A stretch of 63,999 nt of DNA, the filler included, from Kipferlia bialata (Eukaryota), in assembly GCA_003568945.1 (NCBI GenBank). It is 6 parts of 6 records of this genome, joined end to end, with 100 filler letters (N's around TTAATTAATTAA, not from the genome) between each part and the next. Parts side by side here need not be neighbours in the genome. Positions count along the whole stretch, not along the records: positions 61,895 to 63,999 come from BDIP01000862.1; 5 more parts are not named here. One strand, written 5' to 3'. The position numbers were made by a program, and so were the translations under genes. A model generated the notes under the pieces. That model made no database searches. It saw only the letters and a program-made list of their open reading frames with translations, and was not told the DNA's origin. Numbering within the stretch: the stretch's first letter is position 1; every line of letters starts with the position of its first letter. Shown one piece after another: positions 61,961-63,999 of the stretch.

Positions 61961-63857
61961 TGACCACCTCTGTGCCCACACCTGCACTGCCACAGGGCAT
62001 GACTAGGTATATGCATGCATAGATATACTATGTATATTGAGTATCTAGTATATACATAGTGTATATACCTGCACTGCCACAGGGCATGACTAGGTATGGG
62101 AGGGTACCATATACATATATACCCTTAAAGATATGAGTCTTCCATGTTCCCAGGGATGTTGTTGGCCAGGAGCTTTCTCTAGTCTATACATCTATGATTA
62201 TGTATGAGAGGGTATATGTCCATGTATTTTATGAATTATGATCTAACCCCCAGGGAGGTTGTTGGCCAGGAGCTCATGACCAAGCTCAGGGACCAGATCC
62301 ACTCAAAGAAGGTATGTATATGAAGTGAATATTCATACGAGTACACTAACATACACTCGATTTAAATAGAGTTGTCTATCAATCTATTTATGGATTATTA
62401 TAGATATATACTCACGTATGTATATAGTCACCGAGTTCCTTGAGAAGGTCTATGACATCTTCAACCCCAGTACATAGTCTATCTCTCTCTCTCCCCGTCT
62501 CTTCCTATTTGCATACATGTATATATACTCTTCCTCTCTCATCCTCAGGTCCTTGAGAAGGCCTACGACATTCTCAACAATTCAAAGTCTCTCTCTCTCT
62601 CCCCCCCTCTATCTCTAAACATACTAATCCTCAGGTCCTTGAGAAGGCCTATGACATCTTCAACAACAAGAGCCCCAACAGGGGCATGCAGTACCTGATC
62701 AGACAGGTAATTTGATACGTATATTGACATTTATAGATGTAAGGCAGATACATAAAATCGATACATATGTATACATGTATATATATTATTTGTATGGTGT
62801 TTTGTGTATAGATACATGAATGAGCCCTAACAGGGGCATGCAGTACCTGATCAGACAGGTGTGTATAGAGAGTACCTTATATTGGCTATAGAGTACATAC
62901 ATAGACAGAGAGGGTGAGTGATCTGACGGAGAGCCGAGTAGTCCGTTAAATACTCTTGTAAATGTATAGTTCTATCTTAGCATACACCGTATACACATCC
63001 ATTCTCACCCCAGGGCGTTGTGACCAACGAGCCCAAGGTCATTGCTGCATTCATGCTCAGCAACTACCAGAAGCTGACAGGTATGTATATAAGTGTATGT
63101 ATGTATTAATAGTATATATATAGTGTATATGTATTATTAATATGACTTGATGTATTATGTATAAGTGTGTCATTTCCGCCTTTCATGCTGAGCAACTACC
63201 AGAAGCTGACAGGTATATAGATACGACACTAACCTATCCAAGATCATTGACCACCCTCTCTGTGTCTATATACCCAATAAATATATGAATATATTGTCTC
63301 ACTCTAGGCGACATTGGCCTCTCCAAGAAGGCCATTGGCCAGTATGTGGGCAGGAAGGGAAAGCCATACGAGGACATCCTGTCAGAGTACACTAGGTATG
63401 GGTCTATGTATAGTGTGATTATACATGTGTGTATATATATTTACATAGAGACATGGAGGTTGACTAGTTATATGTACGAGGACATCCTGTCTGAGTACAC
63501 TAGGTGGGTGTATTAGTATTGTGTAACTATAATAGTGTATATATATATATAGAGAGAGAGAGAGACATAGATACATAAAGTTTGACGTGTCATGTATACG
63601 AGGACATCCTGTCTGAGTACACTAGGTATATGTGTCTATATACAGTGTAATCATATATATACGCAAAGAGACCTGGAGGCTGACTAGGTATATACGAGGA
63701 CATCTTGTCTTAGTACACAAGGGGGGTGTAAAGATTACATATTAATGTTTCTCTGTAAAAGTATATACCTGACGCTCCAGGCAGATTGCGTCCAACTGGC
63801 ACAACACCAGTATGGACGAGGCCCTCAGACAGTTCCTCGGGTACTTCTTCCTGCCCG
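61961..63857 (+). CDS. Sec7-domain ARF guanine nucleotide exchange factor (partial at both ends)
   Basis: Spliced: FNNKSPNRGMQYLIRQGVVTNEPKVIAAFML...GLSKKAIGQYVG...SMDEALRQFLGYFFLPG. This matches the Sec7 pattern up to the F(R)LPG(E) motif. Confidence 0.9.
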
Positions 63858-63999
63858 GTACGCAGTTTATCTCTCTCTGTCTCTCTCTATTGTATTATGT
63901 CTCCATTACCCTTTCAGAGTCCCAGCAGATATCTTATCTTCCTCTCTCTCTCTCTCTTTCTCCCCCCCCCCCCCCCCCCCCCTCCCCCTTCTCTCTCCC

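Overview
Eukaryotic, very intron-rich DNA. The window is six unrelated contigs joined by artificial 100-nt linkers (N44-TTAATTAATTAA-N44), so gene neighbourhoods across linkers are meaningless. GC-rich exons are interrupted by GT-AG introns rich in (TA)n/(GA)n, with the branch point close to or fused with the acceptor (CTNAC-CCC-YAG). Together with an anaerobe-type dicluster ferredoxin, this suggests a free-living metamonad (a Kipferlia-like fornicate); that is inference, not verified. Genes assembled by hand: two tail-to-tail proteins built from an unrecognised HTH-like repeat, a CHD1-type remodeller, a WD40 protein, an LRR protein, a 64-aa ferredoxin, a YwqG/DUF1963-like protein, a MORN protein, a large Ig-repeat type I membrane protein, a Sec7 ARF-GEF and several hypothetical proteins. 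Main unexplained signal: many introns carry 1-4 'echo' copies of the adjacent exon end, usually with its splice site. The echoes differ from the exon and from each other mostly at synonymous third positions, and in several series they decay with distance from the exon.
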